A DNA stretch of 61,748 nt, from assembly GCA_964514465.1 (NCBI GenBank), contig CAZERQ010000192.1, forward strand, positions 1-61,748. Direction: 5' to 3'. Under the pieces are notes generated by a model. The model saw only the letters and a list, made by a program, of their open reading frames with translations. It had not been told where the DNA came from and made no database searches. A program made the translations under genes and the position numbers. The stretch comes from an uncultured Acidimicrobiales bacterium (GTDB taxonomy: Bacteria; Actinomycetota; Acidimicrobiia; Acidimicrobiales; Hopanoidiivorantaceae). Numbering within the stretch: position 1 is the first letter of the stretch; the number at the start of each line of letters is the position of its first letter. Positions 8,785 to 20,452 of the stretch are shown in pieces.

Positions 8785-10602
8785 ATGTTTTTTACGAATT
8801 TTAGGTGCCAAGCATCTTGGACTACACTATTTTCTTTGAAATTACTGGCCCACAAAATCATCTCGGAAATCACCATGAAAAACACAGAGAACACAAACAA
8901 TGTCACCCGGCAAAACCAAATCTGGCCGAAGCTCAAAACTTTTTGGCATCCCACGAAGCGTTGTGCGCTGGTCACCCCCGCACTGGCATCGGCGCTCGTG
9001 TCGTTGCTCGCACTGGCGCTGGTGGCAATCGGGCTGTCGGCCAATCCCGCTTCGGCCCAAGACCAACCAGCCGACACAACCTTTGACCCCGTCATACGTC
9101 TCAGGTTCCCGTCATTCAACGACAACGGCGACACCACCAACGACTTGGCGGGCACCCAGTTCACGATCTCCTTCAGCCCGGTGACCGGCTCCCACCCCGA
9201 CTGCACAGAATCAGCGAGCCGAACCTACACGGTGCCCAACCAGGGCCTGCTGGAGCCGTCATCAAGCACGGGATTTCCCCTGGTGGATCGCCCCGCCGGG
9301 GTCGCTTTTGACTGCGTTTATGCCGTGGCTTGGACGGATCTGCCCGAGCTGGATGTCAGCGTGTCGCTCGGCAACAACTTTCCGCAAAACTCTGTGAGCG
9401 CATCGGCCGAGACGATTGCGATCATCTATATGTCGGCCGCCAACCGGAGCTTCACTCCGTCCGTGAGCATTGGCGTCCCCCAGTCGGGCGGCGTTGGTGG
9501 CGGCGGCGTTGGCGGCGGTGCTGGCGTGAACGATTGGGCTGGCACCCGCTTTGAGGTCATGTTCGAGTCGGCTTCGCCGGCAAATCCCGATGGTTGCTCG
9601 GAAGCGATGGTCGGTGCCTATGTGGTGCGAGATGACGGCGAAGTGGTGCCGGATGGGACGGAGCCCAGTTTGGTGTATCTGGCTGAGGGGGAATACAGCT
9701 CGTGTTCCTATGATGTGATTTGGCCGGATGTGGCCGGTTTGGTGCGCCAGCCCGGGGCCACGACTGGAGTGAGGACTTTGCGACAGACGGCTGCTGCGGT
9801 TTATGAGGCTGAGGCGCCGGAGCCCGACACCGAAGCTGATGCCGCCGAGCCCGAGGCTGGGTCAGAGCCCGAACCCGAAACCGCCGACCCCGAGACTGCT
9901 AGCCCCGAAACCGCTGCCGACCCTGAAACCGAAACCGCCGCCCAACCCGAAAGCAACGGAGCCCAGACGGTCGCGCCAGCCCAGACAGCCGTGCCGACCC
10001 AGCTGGCCATGCCCGCCCAGCAGACCGAACCCCAGCCCGAATCGCCAGCGTTTGACATCGCAATGTTGCAGCTGCCGCGGGGCTGGACGATGTTGCCGTT
10101 CAACGGGCCTTCGGGGATGACTCCGGCCGAGTTCGCTCTGGCGCTCGAAGGTGCGGTCAACAGCGTGTGGGTGTGGGACATCGCGGGTCAGCAGTGGCAG
10201 GGCTGGGCGGCATCCCGGGGTTCGCTGGGTCTGGCGAGCCTGGAGCCGGGCGATGTGGTGATGGTCTATGCGCCGGTCGGCGGCGTGGTGGTGTATCGTC
10301 CGTCTGATTTGCTGGGCCATCCGCCCGGGACGAACAGCTGGACTTTGGCGCCGTCAGCCATCTCGCTGGCGGTCTATGGCGGCACGAGCGCGGTGGCGGC
10401 GGCCGATCTGTTGGGCGACTTTGCCGGCTCGGTGGTGGCGGTCTATCTGTGGGATGCAGACAACCAGAGCTGGGAATATCACCTTCCGGGGCGCCAGCCC
10501 CTGTCGGGCGTGCAGGTGCCGTGGTTCTCCGACATCAACCCCGGCGACGCCATGTTCGTATACAATATCTCACCCACAGCGGTCACCATCCCCTGGCAAT
10601 AG
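8785..10602 (+). CDS. Secreted 2-repeat paralog of the giant repeat protein with the same Trp-rich C-terminal double module
   Basis: Signal peptide ALVTPALASALVSLLALALVAIGLSANPASA|QDQ. Two repeat units follow (TTFDPVIRLRFPSFNDNGDTTNDLAGTQF... and RSFTPSVSIGVPQSGGVGGGGVGGGAGVNDWAGTRF...), then a Pro/Glu/Thr-rich linker and a C-terminal domain closely similar to nt 8160-8699. ATG 8785 has a GGGGGAGGGG Shine-Dalgarno 2 nt (core GGAGG 5 nt) upstream. ATG 8875 (MKNTENT...) is an equally plausible start. The listed 8473 start overlaps the previous gene and is rejected. Confidence 0.8.
   Translation: MFFTNFRCQASWTTLFSLKLLAHKIISEITMKNTENTNNVTRQNQIWPKLKTFWHPTKRCALVTPALASALVSLLALALVAIGLSANPASAQDQPADTTFDPVIRLRFPSFNDNGDTTNDLAGTQFTISFSPVTGSHPDCTESASRTYTVPNQGLLEPSSSTGFPLVDRPAGVAFDCVYAVAWTDLPELDVSVSLGNNFPQNSVSASAETIAIIYMSAANRSFTPSVSIGVPQSGGVGGGGVGGGAGVNDWAGTRFEVMFESASPANPDGCSEAMVGAYVVRDDGEVVPDGTEPSLVYLAEGEYSSCSYDVIWPDVAGLVRQPGATTGVRTLRQTAAAVYEAEAPEPDTEADAAEPEAGSEPEPETADPETASPETAADPETETAAQPESNGAQTVAPAQTAVPTQLAMPAQQTEPQPESPAFDIAMLQLPRGWTMLPFNGPSGMTPAEFALALEGAVNSVWVWDIAGQQWQGWAASRGSLGLASLEPGDVVMVYAPVGGVVVYRPSDLLGHPPGTNSWTLAPSAISLAVYGGTSAVAAADLLGDFAGSVVAVYLWDADNQSWEYHLPGRQPLSGVQVPWFSDINPGDAMFVYNISPTAVTIPWQ
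10063..10602 (+). repeat. Dispersed direct repeat, copy B (coding: C-terminal W-rich double module of the 2-repeat paralog)
   Basis: LPRGWTMLPFNGPSGMTPAEFALALEGAVNSVWVWDIAGQQWQGW...WEYHLPGRQPLSGVQVPWFSDINPGDAMFVYNISPTAVTIPWQ. The run atctcacccacagcggtcaccatcccctgg, the last 30 nt before the final sense codon, is identical in both copies. Confidence 0.85.
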
Positions 10603-10625
10603 CCCGCAGCCGCTAGCCTCAAATT

Positions 10626-11507
10626 ATGGGGCCTGACCAAAAGCCGCGCGCAAATGCCGACGGCACGCTGGCGGCCGTGATTGGAAGTCCGGTCGGCCAT
10701 TCGCTGTCGCCCGCCATACACAACGCCGCCTTCAGAGCGGCCGGGCTCAGCTGGCTGTTCGTGGCGTGGGAGGTGCCCGATGGGTTGGCCGGCGAAGCCT
10801 TGTCGGCCATGAAGTCGCTTGGCATGGCCGGGCTGTCGGTCACCATGCCGCACAAGACCGCAGTGGCTGAGGCGGTCGACACGCTCAGCCCCCAAGCCAA
10901 AAAACTGCAGGCGGTGAACTGCGTGGCGCGCCAGGGCAACCAGCTGGTCGGGCACAACACGGACGGCATTGGGTTTCTGGCCAGCCTCAGGGCCGATGCC
11001 GATTTTGAGCCGCGGGGCAAGACGGCTCTGGTGGTCGGGGCGGGCGGCGCGGCGCGGGCGGTCGTGCTGGCGCTGGCCGAGGCGGGGGCGGCCGGCATCG
11101 GTGTTTTGAATCGGACACCTGCCCGGGCGCAGGCTGCCGCTGATTTGGCGCCCGAGGTTGCCCGGCCCGCTGCGCCCCGTGAGGTCGGCGGATTTGACTT
11201 GGTGGTGAACGCCACGCCTGTGGGGATGGCCGGCTCAGGCGGCGCGGGTTCGCCGAGAGACTTGCCCCTGCCGGTGGACGACTTGCACCCCGGCCAGCTG
11301 CTGGTGGATCTCATATACGAACCGATGGAGACCCCGCTGCTTCAGGCTGCCCGAGCCAGAGACGTGCCGGCCATCGGAGGGCTCGGTATGCTGGTGCATC
11401 AGGCGGCGGCTGCCTTTGAGATTTGGACGCAGCAGCCCGCGCCGGTCGAGGCTATGACCGAGGCCGTCAAGTCCAAGATGTCGCCCGTGCCCGCCGCCAA
11501 CTTTTAG
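10626..11507 (+). CDS. aroE: Shikimate dehydrogenase
   Basis: GSPVGHSLSPAIHNAAF, SVTMPHK, GHNTDGIGF and a GAGGAARAV Rossmann motif. Confidence 0.9.
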   Translation: MGPDQKPRANADGTLAAVIGSPVGHSLSPAIHNAAFRAAGLSWLFVAWEVPDGLAGEALSAMKSLGMAGLSVTMPHKTAVAEAVDTLSPQAKKLQAVNCVARQGNQLVGHNTDGIGFLASLRADADFEPRGKTALVVGAGGAARAVVLALAEAGAAGIGVLNRTPARAQAAADLAPEVARPAAPREVGGFDLVVNATPVGMAGSGGAGSPRDLPLPVDDLHPGQLLVDLIYEPMETPLLQAARARDVPAIGGLGMLVHQAAAAFEIWTQQPAPVEAMTEAVKSKMSPVPAANF

Positions 11508-11517
11508 ACTTAAAGCC

Positions 11518-12144
11518 ATGGCTTTGCCGACCGACTCTGCCCGGACAGGCCCTGCGCCGTCCGAGCCTCTCGCGCCTCCCGAGCACCCCGAGCCATCCAA
11601 GCATCTCGTGCTCGTGGGGATGATGGGTGCCGGCAAATCCAGGGTGGGCCGCCAAGCCGCCAAGCTGTCGGGGCGCGCATTCGCCGACAGCGACAGCCTG
11701 ATTACCCGCCGTCGTGGTCTGTCCATCGCCGAGATATTCGAGGCGGACGGCGAAGCAGCATTCAGAGACATGGAACACGTCGCCCTGGCGCAGGCGCTGG
11801 CCACCTCGCACCCGGCCATCGTGGCGACCGGCGGGGGAGTGGTGCTGCGCGCCGACAACCGGGAGATGCTGTCGCAAGCCGAAGTGGTGTGGCTGCAGTC
11901 ATCGCCGGCGCAGCTGGCCGACAGGCTGAGCAAGAGCGTCAAGCGGCGGCCGCTGCTGGAACAGGCCCAGAGTTTTGCCGAGCTGGAGGCCAAGCTGGCA
12001 GAGATTCTGACTGAGCGGGCGGGGCTGTATGACGAAGTGGCCGACCGCAAACTGGACGTTGATGAGCTGGGGCTGAAAGCGCTGGTGCACGAAGTGGTGC
12101 GGCTGGCGCAGACGATAGACGGGCGGATGGCACGGGTCGGATGA
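11518..12144 (+). CDS. aroK: Shikimate kinase
   Basis: Walker A GMMGAGKSRVG, DSDSLI, ATGGGVV. Sits between aroE and aroB. Confidence 0.9.
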   Translation: MALPTDSARTGPAPSEPLAPPEHPEPSKHLVLVGMMGAGKSRVGRQAAKLSGRAFADSDSLITRRRGLSIAEIFEADGEAAFRDMEHVALAQALATSHPAIVATGGGVVLRADNREMLSQAEVVWLQSSPAQLADRLSKSVKRRPLLEQAQSFAELEAKLAEILTERAGLYDEVADRKLDVDELGLKALVHEVVRLAQTIDGRMARVG

Positions 12145-12154
12145 GGCGGTTGAT

Positions 12155-13225
12155 ATGACACAGCTTCAAGTTCAGCTCAGCAACCGCTCCTATCCGGTGC
12201 TGATCGGCACGGGCGTGCGCCAGGAGTTGCCGAGTGTGATTCCCGCTGGCGTGTCAAGGGTTGCAGTGGTGAGCCAGAGGAACATTGCCGACATTGCCGA
12301 GGACTGCGCGGCCATTGTCGCAGGCGCCACACCTGAGCGCGCCGTCAAGACCTTCTTCATACCTGACACCGAAGCCGCCAAGTCCACACAGACCATCGAG
12401 CAGCTGTGCCGCCAATTCGCCGACTGGGGCCTGACCCGCGCCGACCTGGTGCTGGGCGTGGGCGGCGGAGTGGTGACCGATGTGGCCGGGTTCGCCGCGG
12501 CGGTGTATCATCGCGGGGTTGCGGTGATCCATGCCGCCACCACCTTGCTGGCCCAGATTGACGCCGCCATCGGAGGCAAGACCGGCGTCAACATTCCCGA
12601 GGGGAAAAACCTGATCGGTGCGTTCTGGCAGCCCCACGCCGTCATCTGCGACACCGACACGCTCAGCACCCTGCCCGAGCGGGAGCTGCGGTGCGGCTAT
12701 GGCGAGATGGCCAAGTATCATTTTCTGGGCGCTGGGCGGATGGACGCTGACGCCGGCCAACTGGACGAACTTCCGCTGGAGCAGCAAGTGGCCCGCTGTG
12801 TCCAGCTCAAGGCCGACATCGTGAGCGCGGACGAACGCGAACAGGGCCAGCGCGCACTGCTCAATTATGGCCACACGCTGGCACACGCGCTGGAGTCGGC
12901 CGGCGGATATGCCATCTCACATGGCGAGGCGGTGGCGGTCGGGCTGGTCTATGCCGCCGAGGTCGCCAAATTTCTGGGCAGAATAGACGATGACAGGCTG
13001 GCCGAGCACCGCCGGGTGGTGTCCGGCTTCGGCTTGGCCACGGATCTGCCCGGCCTGAACCCGTGCTTTTCTGAAATTCCAAGCCAAGACCTGTTAGATT
13101 TCTTTAAGCGTGACAAAAAAGCGACCCAAGGTTTGACGATGATACTGGACGGGCCGGCCGGCCCCGAAGTTGTGAGCGGGCTTGACGGCGACCTGTTGCT
13201 GTCGGCCATGGAGCAGATACGATGA
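12155..13225 (+). CDS. aroB: 3-dehydroquinate synthase
   Basis: GVGGGVVTDVAGFAAAVYHRGV, GEMAKY, LNYGHTLAHALE, HGEAVAVG. Confidence 0.92.
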   Translation: MTQLQVQLSNRSYPVLIGTGVRQELPSVIPAGVSRVAVVSQRNIADIAEDCAAIVAGATPERAVKTFFIPDTEAAKSTQTIEQLCRQFADWGLTRADLVLGVGGGVVTDVAGFAAAVYHRGVAVIHAATTLLAQIDAAIGGKTGVNIPEGKNLIGAFWQPHAVICDTDTLSTLPERELRCGYGEMAKYHFLGAGRMDADAGQLDELPLEQQVARCVQLKADIVSADEREQGQRALLNYGHTLAHALESAGGYAISHGEAVAVGLVYAAEVAKFLGRIDDDRLAEHRRVVSGFGLATDLPGLNPCFSEIPSQDLLDFFKRDKKATQGLTMILDGPAGPEVVSGLDGDLLLSAMEQIR

Positions 13226-13695
13226 GCCCGCGCAAGTCCACCCCACGCCAGTCTGTGCTACTGCTTTCGGGCCCGAACCTGAACCTGCTGGGCGAGCGCG
13301 AACCCGAAATCTACGGCCACCAGACTCTGGAAGACCACCACCGCACCGCCAGCGAACAAGCCGAGGCGAGCGGTCTGGCGCTGGAGCACCTGCAGTCCAA
13401 CTCCGAAGCCGAGCTGATCGATGCCATACAGCAGAGCCGCGCCAAGCACGACGCCATCATCATCAACGCCGGCGCGCTGACGCATTATTCCTGGGGCATA
13501 CACGATGCGCTGGCAGCCTATGAGGGCGTGGTCGTGGAGCTGCATTTGTCGAACCCGTCGGCCCGGGAGGAGTGGCGCCACAGCTCAACCATAGCTCCCG
13601 TGGCGCACGGCACCATCGCCGGTTTCGGCGGCTATGGCTATCGTCTGGCTGTCATGGCAGTGGCCGACTTGCTGGCGGCGCCGAAAGATGACTAG
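13222..13695 (+). CDS. aroQ: Type II 3-dehydroquinate dehydratase
   Basis: LLLSGPNLNLLGEREPEIYG, IINAGALTHYS, ELHLSNPSAREEWRH. ATGA overlap with the aroB stop. Confidence 0.92.
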   Translation: MSPRKSTPRQSVLLLSGPNLNLLGEREPEIYGHQTLEDHHRTASEQAEASGLALEHLQSNSEAELIDAIQQSRAKHDAIIINAGALTHYSWGIHDALAAYEGVVVELHLSNPSAREEWRHSSTIAPVAHGTIAGFGGYGYRLAVMAVADLLAAPKDD

Positions 13696-14845
13696 CCAGG
13701 ACGGGTCGACCCCCGAGATGGCGCCCATGGACGTGCCGGCGCGCCTGGTTCGTCTGCGACAGGCACTGGCCGACCAGCCCTGCGATGCCCTGGTGATCTC
13801 GCACCTGCCGAACATACGCTGGCTCAGCGGCTTCACCGGATCGGCCGGCACAGCCATCGTCACCGACACCGAATGCGTGCTGATCACCGACGGGCGCTAC
13901 AGCTTCCAGGCGCCACGCGAAATCGCCGACGCCAAAGCCGAAGTTGAGGTTCACATATCGGCCAGCGCCAAAGAGCAATCAGCCATGATCGCCGAAGCCC
14001 TCAAAGGCGTGGAGGCTGTCGGGCTGGAGGCCGAGCACATCAGCTGGGCGCGCCAGATTTCGTGGGCCAAGCAGCTGTCGGAGTCTCCAGTGCCAATCGA
14101 GGGACTGGTGGAGGGCCTGCGCCGCCGCAAGGATCCGGGCGAGGTGGCCAGGGTTGCCGCCGCCGCCAGATTGGTGGACGAAGCCATGCGCGAGATATTC
14201 GAACTGCTGTCGCAGCCCGGAGCCAAGCTCGACCTCAGCGAACACGACCTCGCGGCCGAACTGGACTATCGCATCAGGCGCCGGGGAGCCAGCGAGTTGG
14301 CGTTTGAGACCATCGTGGCATCGGGCGAGAACTCGGCGCTGCCGCACGCCCGTCCCAGCCGTCGCCAGATCCGCCCCGGCGAGCTGTTGCTGATTGATGT
14401 GGGCGCGGTCTATGACGGCTATCGCTCCGACATGACCCGGACATTTTCGCTGGAGCAGCCCAGCCAAAAGGAAGCCGAGATTTGGCAGGTCGTGCGGGAG
14501 GCACAGCAGCTGGGAGTCGAAGCGGTGCGCGCCGAGATGTCCGCCGGCGACATCGACCAGGTCTGTCGCCAGAAAATCTCCGAGCGCGGCTGGGGCGACG
14601 ACTTCATGCACAGCACCGGCCACGGCGTGGGCCTGGAGATCCACGAGGCCCCCAGCGTCAGCGCCAAGAGCAAGGACGTCCTGGAGCCGGGCGAGATCAT
14701 CACCGTCGAGCCGGGCATCTATCTGCAGGATCTGGCGGGGGTGCGGCTGGAAGATACGTTGCTGGTTGAGCCAGACGGCTGTCGTCCGCTCACACAGACG
14801 CCCAAGTTCTTGAGCCTGAGCGAGTTCGGCGCCGGTGCCGGATAG
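13688..14845 (+). CDS. Xaa-Pro aminopeptidase/dipeptidase (peptidase M24B)
   Basis: IDVGAVYDGYRSDMTRTF, HSTGHGVGLEIHEAP, EPGIY...GVRLED. Start moved to ATG 13688 (MTSQDG...), which overlaps the aroQ stop. The listed 13634 start lies inside aroQ. Confidence 0.85.
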   Translation: MTSQDGSTPEMAPMDVPARLVRLRQALADQPCDALVISHLPNIRWLSGFTGSAGTAIVTDTECVLITDGRYSFQAPREIADAKAEVEVHISASAKEQSAMIAEALKGVEAVGLEAEHISWARQISWAKQLSESPVPIEGLVEGLRRRKDPGEVARVAAAARLVDEAMREIFELLSQPGAKLDLSEHDLAAELDYRIRRRGASELAFETIVASGENSALPHARPSRRQIRPGELLLIDVGAVYDGYRSDMTRTFSLEQPSQKEAEIWQVVREAQQLGVEAVRAEMSAGDIDQVCRQKISERGWGDDFMHSTGHGVGLEIHEAPSVSAKSKDVLEPGEIITVEPGIYLQDLAGVRLEDTLLVEPDGCRPLTQTPKFLSLSEFGAGAG

Positions 14846-14962
14846 GTTGGGTGCCGGATAGCTTCGCTGCCGGGTAGCCTTAACCAAAGCCCGCACACGC
14901 AGCCCGCGCCTGCAGACCGCGCACTGCGCCCACAAAACCACACAGCACACACCGGAGAAAAA

Positions 14963-15526
14963 ATGCCAGCCATCACCACCAACGACCTCAAAAACGGAAT
15001 GACCCTGAACCTGGAAGGCGACCTGTTCCAGGTGGTCGAGTTCCAGCACGTCAAGCCCGGCAAGGGCAACGCCTTCGTGCGCACCACGCTCAAGAACGCC
15101 CGCACCGGCTCGGTGCTGGATCGCACATTCCGGGCCGGCGAGAAGGTGGAGCGCGCCATCATCGACAAGCGCGAGATGCAGTTTCTCTATCGGGAGGGCG
15201 CCGATTTCGTGTTCATGGACAACCAGAGCTATGAGCAGATGCAGGTCGGCCCTGCGGCGGTGGGCGATGCCGACAAATACATGAAGGAAGGCGATGTGGC
15301 GCACCTGCTGATGTATCAGGGAGAGACGGTGGAGCTGCAGCTGCCGGCGGCGGTGGAGCTGGAGATAACCCACACCGAGCCGGGAGTGCAGGGCGATCGG
15401 GTGTCGGGCGCCACCAAGCCGGCAACGCTGGAGACGGGACTGGTCACGCAGGTGCCGCTGTTCTTGGAGGTGGGCGAAAAAATCAAGGTGGACACCCGCT
15501 CAGGCGACTACATCAGCCGTGCCTGA
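14963..15526 (+). CDS. efp: Elongation factor P
   Basis: [44 protein letters not shown] Shine-Dalgarno upstream. Confidence 0.95.
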   Translation: MPAITTNDLKNGMTLNLEGDLFQVVEFQHVKPGKGNAFVRTTLKNARTGSVLDRTFRAGEKVERAIIDKREMQFLYREGADFVFMDNQSYEQMQVGPAAVGDADKYMKEGDVAHLLMYQGETVELQLPAAVELEITHTEPGVQGDRVSGATKPATLETGLVTQVPLFLEVGEKIKVDTRSGDYISRA

Positions 15527-15534
15527 CCGCCGAT

Positions 15535-17157
15535 ATGTCAGGCACTAGACGACATTCCAGAGAGCTGGCTCTGGCGCTGCTGTATGAAGCCGACAGCAAG
15601 CAGGCCACGCTTTCGGATGTGCTGGCCGGGCAGCTGATGGCGCCGCCCGAGTTTGCCCGAGAGTTGCTTGGCGGAATAGAGGAGAACCTGGATGACATTG
15701 ACGCCAAGATTCAGCGGCACACACAGGGCTGGGACATCGACCGTCTGGCGCGGGTGGATCTGGCGCTGCTGCGGCTGGGGGTGTTCGAGGTGTGCTTTTG
15801 TGATGACACTCCGCACGCGGTGGCCATGGATGAGGTGGTCGAGCTGGCCAAGCAGTATTCCACGGCTGAGTCGTCGCGCTATATTAATGGGGTGCTGGCC
15901 GGCGTGTTGGCCGAGAGCCGTTCGACAACTGACGGTGGCGCGATGACCGACGGCCGTGCGATGACTGCCAGCCGCGCGATGACCGACGGCGGCCTGACGA
16001 CCGACGGCCAACTCGTCCTGCGCGACGGCACCAGTTTCTCCGGCAAACTTTTCGGCGCGGCCAGCCCGACCGGATTCGCCACGGGCGAGGTCGTGTTCAA
16101 CACCTCCATCGTGGGCTACCAGGAGATCATCACCGACCCGTCATATGCCGGCCAGATCATCGCCTTCACCTATCCCCACATCGGCAACTATGGCATCACC
16201 GCCCACGATGACGAAAGCCAGACGCCGGCCTGCCGTGGCATCATCGTGCGCAACTTGACCCTGCGCCCCAGCAACTGGCGCGCCGAAGGCAGCTTGTCCG
16301 AGCAGTTGGCCGCGGCGGGGCTGGCGGCCATAGCCGACATCGACACCCGGAGGTTGACCCGCCACATCCGCCAGTTCGGTTCGATGGTGGGGGCGTTCGG
16401 CGCGCTCACCCAAGCCGAGCTGCTGGAAGCTACCCAAGCCGAGCCGGGCACCGACGGGGTGGATTTGATTTCGCAGGTGACCTGCGCCGAGCCGTATATG
16501 GCAGACGAAGTGTTGGCAGCCGACGGGGCCGCGCCGCCCGGGCAACCTACCGAGACAGGCAAGCCCACCGAGACAGGCGCGCCGCCCGAGCCGCGGCCGT
16601 GGCGGGTGGTGGCCTATGACTTCGGCATCAAGCGCACCATACTGCGACAGCTGGCCAGCTTCGCCGAGGTCGAGGTGGTGCCCGCGTCAACTCCGTATGA
16701 CGAGGTGCTGGCGCGCCAACCCCACGGGGTGTTTTTGTCCAACGGCCCGGGCGACCCCAGATGCAGCCCAAAAGTGTCGCAGAACATCGCCAAGCTGCTT
16801 GGCAAGCTGCCGGTGTTTGGCATTTGTCTGGGGCATCAGATTCTGGCGCAGGCACTGGGAGCCGAGATCGTCAAGCTGCCGTTCGGACATCACGGCGGCA
16901 ACCATCCGGTGGCCAACTGCGCCACGGGCCAAGTGGAGATCACCGCGCAGAACCACAACTTCGCGGTGGCGCATCCGGCCGCGAGCTTTGAGGTTACCCA
17001 CTTGAACCTGAACGACAACACAGTGGAAGGTCTGTGGGCCAAAGATGCGCAGGCCCGGGGAATACAGTATCACCCGGAGGCCGGGCCGGGCCCGCACGAC
17101 AGCCGTTATCTGTTCGGCGAGTTCCGACAGATGATGGAGAGCTTCCACAAGCCCTAA
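15535..17157 (+). CDS. carA: In-frame fusion of NusB (antitermination factor) and CarA (carbamoyl-phosphate synthase small subunit)
   Basis: aa 1-~130 are NusB-like ([12 protein letters not shown]...[17 protein letters not shown]). From ~aa 160 it is CarA ([16 protein letters not shown]...[56 protein letters not shown]). There is no stop codon between the two parts. Confidence 0.85.
   Translation: MSGTRRHSRELALALLYEADSKQATLSDVLAGQLMAPPEFARELLGGIEENLDDIDAKIQRHTQGWDIDRLARVDLALLRLGVFEVCFCDDTPHAVAMDEVVELAKQYSTAESSRYINGVLAGVLAESRSTTDGGAMTDGRAMTASRAMTDGGLTTDGQLVLRDGTSFSGKLFGAASPTGFATGEVVFNTSIVGYQEIITDPSYAGQIIAFTYPHIGNYGITAHDDESQTPACRGIIVRNLTLRPSNWRAEGSLSEQLAAAGLAAIADIDTRRLTRHIRQFGSMVGAFGALTQAELLEATQAEPGTDGVDLISQVTCAEPYMADEVLAADGAAPPGQPTETGKPTETGAPPEPRPWRVVAYDFGIKRTILRQLASFAEVEVVPASTPYDEVLARQPHGVFLSNGPGDPRCSPKVSQNIAKLLGKLPVFGICLGHQILAQALGAEIVKLPFGHHGGNHPVANCATGQVEITAQNHNFAVAHPAASFEVTHLNLNDNTVEGLWAKDAQARGIQYHPEAGPGPHDSRYLFGEFRQMMESFHKP
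15940..16011 (+). repeat. 4 x 18-nt in-frame tandem repeat forming the NusB-CarA linker
   Basis: gcgatgaccgacggccgt / gcgatgactgccagccgc / gcgatgaccgacggcggc / ctgacgaccgacggccaa, encoding [24 protein letters not shown]. Confidence 0.9.
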
Positions 17158-17200
17158 GCCCGCGCCCGCGTCAAGCCGTCACCCCGTCCCACCGCGCAAA

Positions 17201-20434
<3,234 letters not shown>

Positions 20435-20452
20435 GCGCCAGCTAGACGCCAG

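Noticed and set aside
1-10602. Possibility that the AT-rich island is a chimeric mis-assembly joined to an unrelated high-GC contig
   Set aside because: I cannot exclude it without reads. It is unlikely, because the GC change occurs gradually inside one intact ORF, and the same repeat family and C-terminal module occur on both sides of the change.
13979-15373. 464-aa minus-strand ORF antisense to the M24 peptidase and efp genes
   Set aside because: It is fully overlapped by two well-supported genes with clear family motifs. Its product is Arg/Gly/Ala/His-rich with no recognisable domain. Long stop-free antisense frames are expected at ~70% GC.
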